Below the pieces are notes generated by a model. The model saw only the letters and a list, made by a program, of their open reading frames with translations, was not told the DNA's origin and did not search any database. This document shows positions 29,381-42,110 of a stretch of 64,000 bases of DNA, piece by piece (positions within the stretch are counted from its first letter, which is position 1; every line of letters begins with the position of its first letter). The position numbers were made by a program, and so were the translations under genes. Origin of the DNA: the human T2T-CHM13v2.0 reference genome, Homo sapiens; assembly GCF_009914755.1 (NCBI RefSeq), contig NC_060926.1; one strand, written 5' to 3'.

Positions 29381-29651
29381 CAATATAGATCGGGCAGCAA
29401 GCCAGACAAAAATCCCAGCTTCAGTTTCTGGCTCATGAGGTTGACCAACAATATTTAAGTTAAAATCAGTGAGCAGGATGGTAGAACACAGGACTTAGCA
29501 AATCAGATTTCCTATCAGACTGGTGGTTTATACTGTTTCTATGATATGGGTAAGTTGCTGGCTCATTAAATTTCTCAGTTTCTATTCTTTTGTTTGTTTT
29601 CCAACAAGGACTACAGTCATTTATGCTATTGCTCTTTTGTTTCATTCATTA

Positions 29652-29693
<42 letters not shown>
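29652..29693. repeat. (AAT)14 microsatellite
   Basis: Perfect trinucleotide run. It explains the poly-Asn ORF at 29523-29759. Confidence 0.95.
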
Positions 29694-29695
<2 letters not shown>

Positions 29696-30719
29696 AATGA
29701 AGTGGCACATTGGAAGTAGGACTATTATTTCATGTCATTGCCCTTCTAATGGCAGGTAGTCTTTAAGAATGGTCTTTCCCAGGCCTAGCAGGCCAGTTGG
29801 TGTAATAACTACCTTTGAATTCAGGATTTTAGACACAGTCACTATAATGAGCAAGGTCAACCAGATGTCTGTTTAATGATGGTCTACCAGATGCTGATTG
29901 GATAGTGATTAGTCACATGGAAGGATGGGTAAGATCAATTGGAAAAAGATTCAGATTTACAGAGATGCTTAAACTTTGTATGTTTGTGGGATGTGTTTAG
30001 TAGTCAGTTTGGGAGGAAAGAGAGCCAGGGAGAAGCCTGAAAATATATACATATTCCCATTCATATGAATTCTCTCTCTCTCTGTCTGTCTCTTTCATTT
30101 GTCATCTGAGAATCCCAACCTTAGACATCTCAGAGTCCAGCAACAACCTGAACTTTAAGATCATTTCCAGTCTTGGGAGATTTATTTGGGATGTTCTGAA
30201 ATTACTATGAGCTTTCCAGGAACTCCCTAGCCAAGAAAACATGACTAGGATCTGACATTGCACAGTTTGATCTGATGAGCCCTAGAGTCCTAAGTCATTT
30301 TGACATTACTTCTAACATACAGTTTGATAAAGGAGAAGAGAATGGTACAACCCAGATAGCATCTTAGAAACTCACACAATTAGATTCATAACTCCATTTT
30401 CTGAAGAACTATAAGGTAAATGGAGAAAGAGAAAGGAACTCCTTCCTTCTACATTGGAATAGAAATCCAAATCCAAACTAACTAGACTGCTTACTAGCAA
30501 TCCTAGAATCAAGCTAATTCATTGTTTTACTTAAGTACCATCAAAATAAGCATCATAATAGAAAGAAGGAGGACACAGAGAAAAGAGAAGCAAAGAAAAA
30601 AGCCGATCAACTAGGATGTGAAACTTGGAAGGACTGTAATTAAAGAAGATTTCAAAGCTGAAGTGAGCATTTGATAAGAGTATTCATTCTCAGTCTTGGG
30701 GAACATAAAAATATCTGGG

Positions 30720-31605
30720 AATGTTCACACAAAAATCTATACATGAATGTTTATAGAGGCTTTATTTGTAGTTGCTGGAAACTGGGAGAAAAAAAAATTC
30801 CTCAGTTGTGGAACAAATAAACAAACCATGGTACATCCATACAACAGACAATAAAAAGGAATTGTATTAGTCTGCTTTGCATTGCTATAATGGAATACCT
30901 GAGACTGGGTAATTTATGGAGAAAAGAGGTTTATTTGGCTCACAGTTCTGCAGGCTGTACAAGATGTATGGCATCAACATCTGCTTGGCTTCCAGTGAGG
31001 CCTCAGGAAACTTGCACTCATAATAGAAAGAGGCATGTCACATGGTGAGAGAGGGAACAAGAGAGAGAGAGGGGAGGGAGGTGCCAGACTTTTTAACAAT
31101 CAGATGTTGTGGTAACTAGTAGAGCAAGAACTCATTCATTATTGTAGGGAGGGCACCAAGACATTCATGAGGGATCTGTTCCCATGACCCAAACACCTCC
31201 TAGTAGGCTCTGCCTCCAATATTGGGGATCACATTTCAACGTGGATTTGGAGAAGACAAACATTCAAACTTATATCAGGAACAAACTACTAATATATACA
31301 ATAACACAAATGAATCTCAAATGCATAATGCTAGTGAAAAAAAAAGTCAAATTTCGCATAGTTCATTTATAAGACATTCCAGAAAAGGTAAAACTCGAGG
31401 GACAGACAACAGTTTACTGGTTAACAGAAGCTGAGAATGGTGGGAAGCACTGACTACAAAATAGCATGGGGGAATTTTTTGGAGTGATGCAAGTAATTTA
31501 CATCTTGATTGTGGTGGTAGTTACATGAATATATCTTCATTAAAACTCACAAAATTGTACATTAAAAAGTGTAAATTTTGTTGCACATAAATTATATCTT
31601 GATAG
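30720..31605 (+). mobile_element. L1M (MC/ME) 3' end, split by an MST LTR
   Basis: gttcacacaaaaatctatacatgaatgtttatag ... aaaaggaa[MST]caaactact ... catcttgattgtggtggtagttacatg. Confidence 0.75.
30863..31277 (-). mobile_element. MSTA/MSTB MaLR solo LTR
   Basis: tgtattagtc ... aatacctgagactgggtaattt ... ggctcacagttctgcaggctgtacaag ... tatatca. TSD GGAAT / GGAAC. Confidence 0.9.
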
Positions 31606-32277
31606 AAAACAGTCACCTGGGAAATTTTTTTAAATAGCAGTGCCAGGGCCTATGGTAGACCAATTAAATCAGAATCTCGAGGGGCACTGGTAATTTTTTT
31701 AAGCTTCCCAGTTAAGAATGCCTGAGATAGAGTGGGGAAAGGTGGGTGGGGGCTCAGGGACAATTAGATCGACTATCACAAACACAGACTCTTCCTAAGG
31801 TTGAAGACTTCTTAAGTGGAGTAGGCTCCAGGACCCCATGGAACTCCAGCTTTCTTGACAGGACATAGTGTAGTATCCCTGTCTTCCCATGGGAGGCATT
31901 CTTGGAGACCCATTATTTAAACAAAACTCCTCCTGTATCTACCACTGACAGCATCCTAGAGGCTCAAATCTTCACAAGGAATCAAATCAAGTATAACAAC
32001 ATTTAGGTTTGAAGCCTCTGAATTGGTTTATGCTAGAAAAAGATTCAAGGTGGGGGGCCCAATCCCAATATGGTAGAAAAAGATGCAGGGTAGGAAGGCC
32101 TAACAATTCAGGGAAAAAAAATCTCCATACAACCCTAGAGATATTTTTCTCTACCATAAACAGCCTTTAAAGATTATGACAGGTCAATATCATTACAGAT
32201 GTAAAAAGCTGCTTCAGCTTTCTGAAAGCTTTGTCCATCACTGAAGTCTCATTAAAGTGTTACTGCTTCTTGAGTTC

Positions 32278-32392
32278 AATAATTATAAATATTTATAAAT
32301 AATTATTTATAAATAATTTTAATAATTTATAAATAATTCAAAAATTATAAATAATTATAAATTATACAATTTATAATTATTCAATGGAATAA
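32278..32392. repeat. AT-rich low-complexity palindromic tract
   Basis: Almost pure A/T, built from ATTTATAAAT and AATTAT units. Contains a 26-bp perfect palindrome at 32290-32315. Confidence 0.85.
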
Positions 32393-34104
32393 TTAGAGCA
32401 GTTCACTACTCTGAATTTGTACCCATAAAACTCAGTTTTTTGGAAGGACTCTATGTGGAGAAGCTACTTAAACAAGAGAAAGCATGCATGAGCTTGTGCA
32501 AAATGGCCCAGACATGAGTTGCTATCAGTGATGTCTCTCTGGGCCAGGTGAGTTTGTGGCATGTTGATAGTTGTACCATGCTCAGTTGACAAGTTTGCTC
32601 AGTGTCTCAATGTATACATCATGGCATGCACTCAGCTGGAGAGTTGGGCTTTCTAGATAAGACCTGCCAGTCCCCATTAAACTTCATTTAGAGGGAAGTA
32701 TTAAATAAGGATGAATCTTGGGCAAGGAGGTAGAGTTTAGCCACACACTGACTCAGAAGTGCACAGGATTTCATCCTTATGGAAACCAATAAATATTCTC
32801 GTAGTTGCTTGCTTGTAGGCTGAACTTTGATAAGTGGTACTGTTGCTGCATGTGGGACCAACCCATGTTTCACTGTATGAGCCAGGTCCAACAACTAGAG
32901 GGCCAATGAATAAGATTTTCAAACTGGAAAACTGGATAACTAGACGAGAAAATTAAAAGGGGAGACAATATGGAGCATACCACAGCTAGTTGCAGAACAG
33001 GATTTTTTTTTTTTTTTTTTTTTAATTTATGGACTGGGATCCTCCTTCCACATTGAGGACAGTCCTAGAGCATCTAAACAATCCTTGGAAATATTCTGGA
33101 CCATGGGCTACATCACTGAGTTGTTCTTTCTATAATGGGTATTGCCCTTTATCCCTTGTTCCTAATTAATCCAACTCAGGCACAAACATACCTTGCTATA
33201 AGGATACCAAATTATTACAGTTTTCTTCCTTTATGGGAAAAATGGAGCAGCTTGCCATAATTCTGTCTCAAGAAAAGATTTATAATACAAGTCCCCTAGC
33301 ACTAGCTCATTTTCATGATCATACATTGTTCTGGAGAGTGATATTTTATTTTAAATGCATCGTATCAAAAGTACAGCAGACAGATGTAGCCTTCTCATCT
33401 TACACATCTTTCCACAATGAATCCTGGAGTCAACATTTCTCACAGTTGTGACTATAAAGATACCGTTGAAATACTCGTAAGAAAAAAAAATACTTACAAC
33501 CCCAAAGCCCATAAGGTATTGTTTTAAGAAGCATTTTGATAATTTTGTAGATTTTTCTCTGATACCTAATTAAGACAAATTAAAAGTATCCTATCTCAAA
33601 ACCAACTACCAAAGCCGCCCCTGGACTTGCTCCAGGCTCATGGATTGAATGTGCACAGAATGGGATGCAGTTCCACTGAGGCAGAAGACAGAGCTGGCTG
33701 GGGCTGATTAAACGAACACCATAGGGAAGGCCACAGGGGATCCTTCTAATGTAACAGCTACAGCAGAGACAGGCAGAAGAAAGGCAGTCAGACTGACTCC
33801 TGTTAAAACAAGGATCAGGCAGGATGGTAATGAAGCTGGATTTTACATACTGGAATTTTTACATGAGATAGAGGCAAACCTGACTACAGCTTGACAGGTA
33901 AAGTTTATGCTTGTGGTGCTGTTCTCTCTCATGGGCCCATTTCACTGTTGGGGTGGTATTCTGCAAAATGTACAGTTGTTTAAATATTCTGATATTTGTT
34001 CTCATAAAATACCCATGAGTCTCTGATTCCATGATTTTCTCCTTAACTCTCTCCCCCATACAAAGTTTCTTGTCCTGAATCACATTTTTCTCTGAGTTTA
34101 GGAA

Positions 34105-34355
34105 GGCAATTCAGCATGACGGTGGGAAACCTGAGGTTTGAATTTGGACATGTCTGTGTTTAGTCCTGCCCCACACTTACTAACTATAGAACAGAGGTAA
34201 GTTCCTCCAGCTCTGTGGGCTTCTTTTCATTCATCCATAAAATAATGGAAATACACCAACTGTACCTACCTCAAAGTTTTTATGTGAACATAAAACCATT
34301 AAAGCAAATGACGGGTGGTTGCTGAGCCTGACACACTAAATTCTCAATAAACCAT
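34105..34355 (+). mobile_element. MIR SINE
   Basis: ccacacttactaactat ... ggtaagttcctccagctctgtggg ... cataaaataatgg ... cctacctcaaag ... ctcaataaa. Confidence 0.65.
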
Positions 34356-34782
34356 AGTTACCCTTGATAGTATTGCTGTTAAGGAGCCACAGGTGTCTTT
34401 ATCCAGGGCTAATGAAGCATTTAAATCACTATTGCCAGGAATTTTTCTAAGCTTGACCAAGCAGTTTCTAAGGCTCATCTCTTAGTTAACTAGGACTCCT
34501 GGTGGGGGAGAAACCAGCTTGTTCAGCTTCTGTGCACACTCCTCTTGCTGGTGTCAGTACTGTGTCCCTGCACTTAACTCATGTCTCCTCACCTCTATGC
34601 CCCAATCAGTGAAATCAATGCTTCAAAGAGATATTTTGCCTTCATCATGAAGATGCTGGGAACTCTTCAAATTCCTTCACTGTCTATTAGTAGCTCCCAC
34701 TTGGAGACCCAGTCTTGTTTTTAGCTGTGGGATTCTAATCCAATAAGACAAATATTTATTGAGCTCATGACCCTTAAGTTGA

Positions 34783-35138
34783 TTCATTAGTCAGGGTTCT
34801 CCAGAGAGACAGAACCAATAGGATGATGGATAGATAGATAATTGATAGATAGATAGATAGATAGATATGGAATTTATTAAGGAAATTGGCTCATATGATT
34901 ATGAAATAGTCAGTCCCATGACATATAATTTGTAAGCTGGAGATCCTGGGATGGCCATAGTGTGGTTCAGTTCAAGTTAGAAATCCTCAGAGCCAGGTAA
35001 GTTGATGGTATAATTGTCAATCTGAGGCCAAAGGCCTTAGAACCCAGGGGTCCACTGGTATAAGTCCTGGAGTACCAAAGCTGGAGAACCTGAAGTTCTG
35101 ATGTCCAAGGGCAGGATGAGGAGAGCCTCCCAGCCCCA

Positions 35139-35185
<47 letters not shown>

Positions 35186-35394
35186 CTTTCTCTCCTTTTT
35201 TGTTTAATCTGGGCTCCTAGCTGATTAGATGGTGCTTGCCCACATAGAGGGTGGATCTTTCCTACTCAGTCCATTGACTCACATGCCAATCTCCTCTGGA
35301 AACACACTCACAGACTCATCCAGAAGAAATGCTTTACCATTTCTCTAGGTATTCCTTAATTTAGTTAAGGTGACACCTAAAATTAACCATCACA
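34783..35394 (-). mobile_element. MLT2B-like ERVL solo LTR with internal (GATA)n and (AG)n repeats
   Basis: attagtcagggttctccagagagacagaaccaatagga ... taaaattaaccatcaca. Perfect 5-bp TSD GTTGA at 34778-34782 and 35395-35399. Confidence 0.92.
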
Positions 35395-35619
35395 GTTGAA
35401 TAATGGACATTCTTGATGATGAACCAGCATTTGTTTATCCTCTCCTGCAGGGCTTTGGATTTTTTTGTTTGTTTGTTTCATTTTTGTTGTTGTTTTTTAT
35501 AACTGGCCACTTTTTTTTAATAACTGGTTGACTTTCTAGCTCTTTTTCTTTTTGGGATAGACCATCCATTCACAATTGAGACCCAGTTCAAAGTGATTGT
35601 TCCTGTTTTAACCAAATCT

Positions 35620-36345
35620 ATATCAATAATAGCAGCTTCTTGTGCTACCTCTCACAGAAGACCTAGGAATTGTTTAATATGTTCCTTTTCCTCTGTATTT
35701 CCTATAAATTGGTAGTTAAATACGGAGATTTGATTGGATTCAGACTGATATTTTCCCTCAAGAATACTTAGTAAGTGGCATTGTGTGCCTCCATCAGAAG
35801 AAACTTAATATTTGGTTTATCTTTTAGTAGCCAATGTTAATAGTACTAGTGTTAGTGACCAATGATAATAATTTTCTAGATCTATTAATTCATTAAGGGT
35901 TGAGAAAGGTTGATATAGTCTAGTTGTATCATTCCATCTTCATTTATTATTTGAAAAACTTCTATAAAGAGAGATTATCTCCTTACTAATGCTTTAGTTA
36001 CCTAAGGTATTTTATAGAGAAAAGGCAGAATAAATGTTTGATCTTATTCCCCTTCATTTTTTTGTTTTCAAGTAATTGATTGGCTTCTTTGTTTTCTCTA
36101 ACATAGGCCAGTAAAGGCTTGTTGTTAGTATTATTATGAATTCTTGCGTTTAAACCTATTTGATATTTGTCAGTCCATTGGAGTTATTATCCTTATTGAT
36201 GCATAAGGTGCACCAGCTGTGGCTAATGGGATCCCCTTTAAGTTGGCTCCCAACATTTTTTTTTGGCATTGTTCCAAGAGTTTTTTTACAGCCACCTTGC
36301 TATCTGGCATGGCAAGATGTTCCAGGCTTTGCTGTGCATCTTCTG
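35620..36345 (-). mobile_element. L1MC/ME 3'UTR-like fragment
   Basis: ggtgcaccagctgtggctaatgggatcccc ... ttgctatctggcatggcaagatgttccaggct. Confidence 0.5.
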
Positions 36346-36679
36346 TCTAACTTTATACCGCTTACAAGAGATAATAAAAGGTCACAGAGAGGGTAAGTAA
36401 AATGGTGAAATAAGGATATAATATGAAAACATAAACCAGAACAAAAAGCAGTGTAGCTCTACCAGAATCAGATAACCTTTAAGGCAAAAAGCAATTCCAA
36501 AAGTAAGAAGAACATGTAGCAATACAAAATGTGTATGTACCTAATATCATAGCTTCAAAATATATAAAGCAAATTTGATAGAAATGGAATGAGAAATAGG
36601 CAAATTCACAAACATGGCAACAATTTTTAACACATCTATCTCAGTAACTGATAAAACAAGCTGAAAATACATCACGACA

Positions 36680-36925
36680 ATCTGTGCCTTAGCTGTCACA
36701 TGACATTCTTCCTGAGCATATCTGTGTCTTTGTGCCCAAATTTCCCACTTCTTGTAAGAATACCAGTCACTAGATTAGGGCTTTTCCTAGTCTAGCATGA
36801 CCTGATCTTAACTTGATTATATCTACAAAGACTCTATTTCCAAAGAAGGTGATATTCAGTTACTGGAGTTTAGGACTTCAATTATCAGTGTATCTTTTGG
36901 GTGGACACAATGTAACTCAAAATAA
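36680..36925 (-). mobile_element. MLT1B/C-like LTR fragment
   Basis: ttcttgtaagaataccagtcactagattaggg ... gacctgatcttaacttgattatatctacaaagactctatttccaaa. Confidence 0.75.
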
Positions 36926-36942
36926 TACCTAAAGACAAAATA

Positions 36943-38381
36943 CATTTTTTTAACTTTTATTTTAAGTTTAAGGGTGCATGTGTAGGTTTGTTACATAGGT
37001 AAACTGTGTCATGGAGGTTTGTTGTATAGATTATTTCATCACCCAGGTATGAAGCCTCATACTCATTAGTTGATTTTCTTGATATTCTCCCTCCTTCCAC
37101 CCTCCACCCTCCAAAAACGTCCCAGTGTGTGCTCCCTTCTGTGTCCCTGCGTTCTCATCATTTAGCTCCCACTTGTAAGTGAGAACATACGATATTTGGT
37201 TTTCTGTTCCTGAATTAGTTTACCAAGGATAATGGCCACCAGCTCTATCCATGTTCCTATAAAGGACATGAACTCATTATTTTTTTATGACTGCATAGTA
37301 TTCCATGGTACATATGTACCACATTTTCTTTATCCAGTCTATTATTGAAGGGCATTTAGGTTGATCCCACGTCTTTGCTATTGTGAATAGTGCTGCAATG
37401 AACATATGCATGCATGTGTCTTTACAATAGAATAATTTACATTCTTTTGAGTGTATACCCAGTAATGGGGCTGCTGGGTCTAATGGTATTTCTGTCTTTA
37501 GGTCTTTGAGGAATCACCACACTGTCTTCCACAATGGCTGAACTAATTTACACTCCTACCAACAGTGTATAAGCATTTCTTTTTCTCCACAACCTTGCCG
37601 TCATCTGTATTTTATTTTATTTTATTTTATATTTTATTTTAGAGTCTCCCTCTGTCACCAGGCTGGAGTGCAGTGTGCAATCTCAGCTCACTGCAACCTC
37701 CACCTCCTGGGTTCAAGCAATTCTCCTGTCTCAGCCTCCTGAATAGCTGGGACTATAGGCGCTTGCCACCATGCCCAGCTAATTTTTGTATTTTTAGTAG
37801 AGACGGAGTTTCACCATGTTGGCCAGGATGGTCTCCATCTCTTGAACTTGTGATCCACCCACCTCAGCCTCCCAAAGTGCTGGGATTACAGGCGTGAGCC
37901 AATGTGCCTGGCCTCTGTTATTTTTTGACTTACTAATAATAGCCATTCTGACTGGTGGTAGATGATATCTCATTGTCATTTTGATTTGCATTTCTCTAAT
38001 GATCAGTAATGTTGAGCTTTTTTTCATATGATTGTTGACCGCATGTATGTCTTCTCTTGAAAAGTGTCTGTTCATGTCCTTTGCCCATTTTTTTATGAGG
38101 TTACTTGTAAATTTGTTTATAGATGCTGAATATTAGACCTTTGTTGGATGCATAGTTTGCAAAATTTTTCTCCCATTCTGTAGGTTGTCTATTTCCTCTG
38201 TTGATCATTTCTTTTGCTCTGTGCAGAAGCTCTTTAGTTTAATTAGATCTGTCAATTTTTGCTTTTGTTGCAATTACCTTTGGCATCTTTGTTATAAAAT
38301 CTTTGCCTGTGCCTATGTCCTAAATGGTATTGCCTAGGTTGTCTTCCAGGGTTTTTATAGTTTTACACTTTATATTTAAGT
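36943..38381 (-). mobile_element. 5'-truncated L1PA (about PA13-15) containing an Alu
   Basis: Antisense L1 3'UTR and ORF2 C-terminus. 13-bp TSD TAAAGACAAAATA at 36930-36942 and 38382-38394. Confidence 0.9.
37609..37913 (-). mobile_element. AluSc-like element
   Basis: (TTTTA)n tail, ctgtcaccaggctgg and gaacttgtgatccacc. Approximate TSD tctgt(t)atttt. Confidence 0.92.
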
Positions 38382-38394
38382 TAAAGACAAAATA

Positions 38395-40325
38395 TTAAAA
38401 ACATTCTTCCTTAGATCATAAATGAGGCAAAGATGTGTACTATTACTACTCCTATTCAATAATTTATTGCATTGCATGGTGCAATAAGGCAAGAAATAAA
38501 AGGCATGGAGTTTAAAAATAAAGAAATGAAGAGTGATAGGTTTTATATATAACAAGATTATGTACATATAACATGTAAAATAATTTATAAACTATTAATA
38601 AGTAAATTTAGTGACACCATTGAGAAAAAGTCAATGTATAAAATCAATTGCATTTCTAAACACTTGCAACAAAAAATCAGAAAATAAAAAACTTTGTATA
38701 AATATAAGTTAGCCTAAGAAAATTTTTAACAAAAATATGCATAGTTTTTCTGCAGAAAAATAGAAAACATTCTCAAATAAATTTTAAGTGACTTCAGTAA
38801 ATAAAAATATACAGCATATACTTGGACAGTAACACTCAATATTTTAAAAATAACTATTGTCTCTATATTGATCCAAAGAGTTAATGAAATTCTAATGAAA
38901 GTCTCAGCAGGTCTTTTATTGTTGCTGAAATTGATAAACTGTTTTGAAAATTTAAATGGGAATCAGACTATCAAGAACAGCTAAGAATATCCAACAGCAA
39001 AGTTGGATGACATATTACCTGATATCAAAACTTATTACTGTATACACATGCAGTAATTGAGACCATGTAATATTGGTGCAAAAATAAAAAAAAGAGACCA
39101 GCAGAATGGAACAGAGAGAATAAAAAGAGATCCACATATACATATTTACTCGCTCTGTGACAAAAAAGCCACTGTAGCAGAGCGGGAAAATAACGGCCAT
39201 TTCAATGAATTCTGTTGGGTCAATTGCCTATTTATGTAAAAATAATTTAAATGTTACTCTGCACAAAAATAAATTTCATGTCTCAATGAGGAAGCCAAAA
39301 AATAAAACTGCTGAAAGATAACATTGGTGGAGATCTTTATAAAATTGGGATTGACAAAAATTTCTTAAAGAAGATAAAACAGTGTTAACTTAAAGATTAA
39401 AAACTTGATAATTTGAACTTTGCTAAAATTAAGAATCTCTATTCAGCGAAAGACACAATTAAAAGAGTGAAAAAAGCAAGTAATAGAGTGGGAAAAGGTA
39501 TTTCCTGTACACATATTTGACGAAATATATTTCAAAAAAGATAAACTCATAATCATCAATAAGAAAAAAAGGCAATTCCATAGAGAATCAGGCAAAATAT
39601 TTAAACATAAACTTTATAAAAGTGGACATATAAATATTCTTTAAACAAATGAAAAGTACTAATTATCATCAGATAAATAAAAATTAAAGCCACAATGAGA
39701 TATTGTAATGCATCCATCAGAATGAGTAAAATTAAAGGCTGATAATACAACAGAAATGCATACATATAGTGCACATACCAAAAGATATATATATATATGG
39801 TTGGTGCAAAAGTAATTGTGGTTTTTGCCATTAAATGTAATGCCATTATATGTATGCATTTCTGTTGAATATTCACAATAGCAACATTCTAATATTCAAA
39901 AACTGGAAACAACTCAAATGGCATAAAAATAAAATTAGTAAATAAAATGTGAATTTTTTTAAAAATGAAGTACTATTCAGCATGAAAAAACCAATTACTA
40001 TGCTATGCAACAATGTGGATAAATCTCATAGACACGCTGTTAATCAAAAGAAGCCAGATATGAAAGAATGTATACTGTATGTGTTCTATCATTTACAGTT
40101 CAAAAACAGGAAAACCTATGCTATAGCAATGACAGTTAAAAAACAGCGGTTAATTTTGTAGAAGTTGTAACAATTATGAGGGGCCACAGAGGAGTTTCTA
40201 TGCGGTATTAATGTTCTGGTTAATGTAATGGTTACAATAATGGGTTCACTTTGCAAAATTCATGGTTGCTATAGCCTTAAAATTTTTGCATTTTTCTCTC
40301 TATGTGTATTATACTTTAATGAAAA
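38395..40325 (+). mobile_element. Old L1M ORF2 3' half and 3'UTR (continues the fragment at about 36350-36670)
   Basis: Degenerate ORF2 phrases aaagtcaatgtataaaatcaattgcatttcta, gaccagcagaatggaacaga and gccacaatgagata, followed by an L1M-type 3'UTR. Confidence 0.75.
39797..39845. mobile_element. MADE1 (Hsmar1 MITE), one arm only
   Basis: ggttggtgcaaaagtaattgtggtttttgccatta is one Hsmar1 TIR, following a TA run. Confidence 0.85.
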
Positions 40326-40327
40326 GA

Positions 40328-42110
40328 ACTTGGGAAATATGCATAGGTGGCAATAATTATAAGGGTATTAGAACAGAAAGGAAGACATTTAATTTCAGAT
40401 TAGGTGGATTTTATCAGTATGGGTGCACTTACCATATGGTCTGCATTTAATGTACTTGCTTGAGCAGTTGGAATAGGTTTAAATTGTTTGGTCATTTGAA
40501 TGCTGATATCCAGACTCAATATGACCTACATAAAATGAAGCTGAGATTCTATACATCAGTTTTGTAATTGCAATGTGGAATTATCTGGGGAATTTTGAAA
40601 AATACTTTTGCTTGGATCCCACTTCTAAAAAGTCTTGGATAGAGGTACAACTTGTACGACAGGATTTTTAACTCCCCACCTGACACTAACGAGCTGACAA
40701 GGTTGAAATATAAAGAAAGAAATCCAATAACTTATAAAGACAGGTGTGTAGGATAAGTGAGATTTATCCCTTAACTAGAACCACCCCCTCAATCTTCCAC
40801 AAGAGTCTCAGAAAATGCTCACTTCACAGTTACATAGAGAAATACATTGGTGAAGGGAGCACCAGCATTTTCAAAAAGAACTTTAATAGCTGTTTCCTGT
40901 TGATAAGGATGTGGGTAAGAGATGTCATCATTGAAACAGGCTGTATAATTTCAATGGAGATGGTGGGATCCTGAGTAGAGAGAGGCCAAGTAGTAGCACT
41001 TACCCAATAAAGACAAGATTGAAATTGTTATTATAATAGACCCCAGGGCTGGGGTTGATAAGCAAATAATCTAATCAACACAGATCTCTGGTACTGCTTA
41101 ATTAATTATAAAGCCATTAGGACTAAACTAGATGGTCAGTCTAAGGTACCTGCATAATTATACATATATATTTTTTTTTGTTTGTTTGTTTTTACAAAAA
41201 AAACCCTCTAGAGCTGACCGACAGAAGTCTGACTGGAGCCATGGTAAAAGTGAAATAAACTTATTAAAATCTCAGACCTGTGTTAATTCACACATCCAGA
41301 GTTCTTTGTCTAAATGGAAGTCTAGTATACTTGAGGTAATAGCACAAGTTTGTTGTATGACACTGTCTCTCTGCTTCCTTAAAGGACCTATGGCCCAAGT
41401 GTGCATCATAATTTCCTCTCTGTCCTTTTCTAAAGGTACCAGGGTATCTATACATTAGAAAAAAATACCCTGTACAATGTACCAAGGTATCTGTACATTG
41501 GAAAAATTACACAGATATTTTAAGACTTTCTGAACTTTGATTTTGAACTAATTGCTTGATTCCTGGGAACCCAGATGCCACTCTGCTTCAATAGTTATGT
41601 AAGTGATAAATGTTTAAGGTTTGTCCAGGATTTATACTATAGTGTGAATCTATTTGTCTAGTTCTTGAGTATTTACTCAGGAAGGAGTTTACTCAGTAAT
41701 TGGCAAAAGTACCATATCAGCTCCTTGATCCATGGCAAAATTATAAAAAAAACTAATACTACATCCCTGGGAGAACAAAGGAATTAATGCTACTGTCAAT
41801 GGTCTGAAATATTTAAGGGTAGTGATCCCTATCATATCTCCATTTAACCCAAACATACTGAATCAGACACTCTGGGGCTGTTGTCTGGTAGCCTGTGCTT
41901 TAATGAGCTCTCTGGATGAGTCTAATATATGTTTAAAATTTAAGAATTACAGATATAGAGCACTTATTGCTGTGTCTCAAAAAGGAGAGCACACCCAGAA
42001 GCACATTGCTTTAATCTGGAAGGGACAGGAGTATATTCTCTATCTTGCTTGAGAGTTACATTAATTCTTCAGATCTATACCTCTATTTAGTCCACAGATA
42101 CCTTTTTTGT
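40328..42110 (+). mobile_element. Ancient ERVL internal region: gag, protease and RT N-terminus, with MER5-like inserts at about 40555-40710 and 41850-41960
   Basis: Colinear with recalled HERVL sequence: tctgcatttaatgt, gggatcctgag ... ggccaagtagtagcact, ttgattcctgggaaccca, catccctggg ... gtgatccctatcatatctccatttaac, tggaagggacaggagtata. No ORF remains. Confidence 0.7.

Noticed and set aside
29523-29759. ORF with poly-Asn
   Set aside because: Produced by the (AAT)14 microsatellite.
33003-33022. Isolated T20 run as a retroposon tail
   Set aside because: No adjacent element body or convincing TSD could be seen.
34828-35180. (GATA)n and (AG)n arrays as possible spaced or CRISPR-like repeats
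   Set aside because: Ordinary microsatellites at positions where MLT2 LTRs commonly expand, with no repeat-spacer structure.
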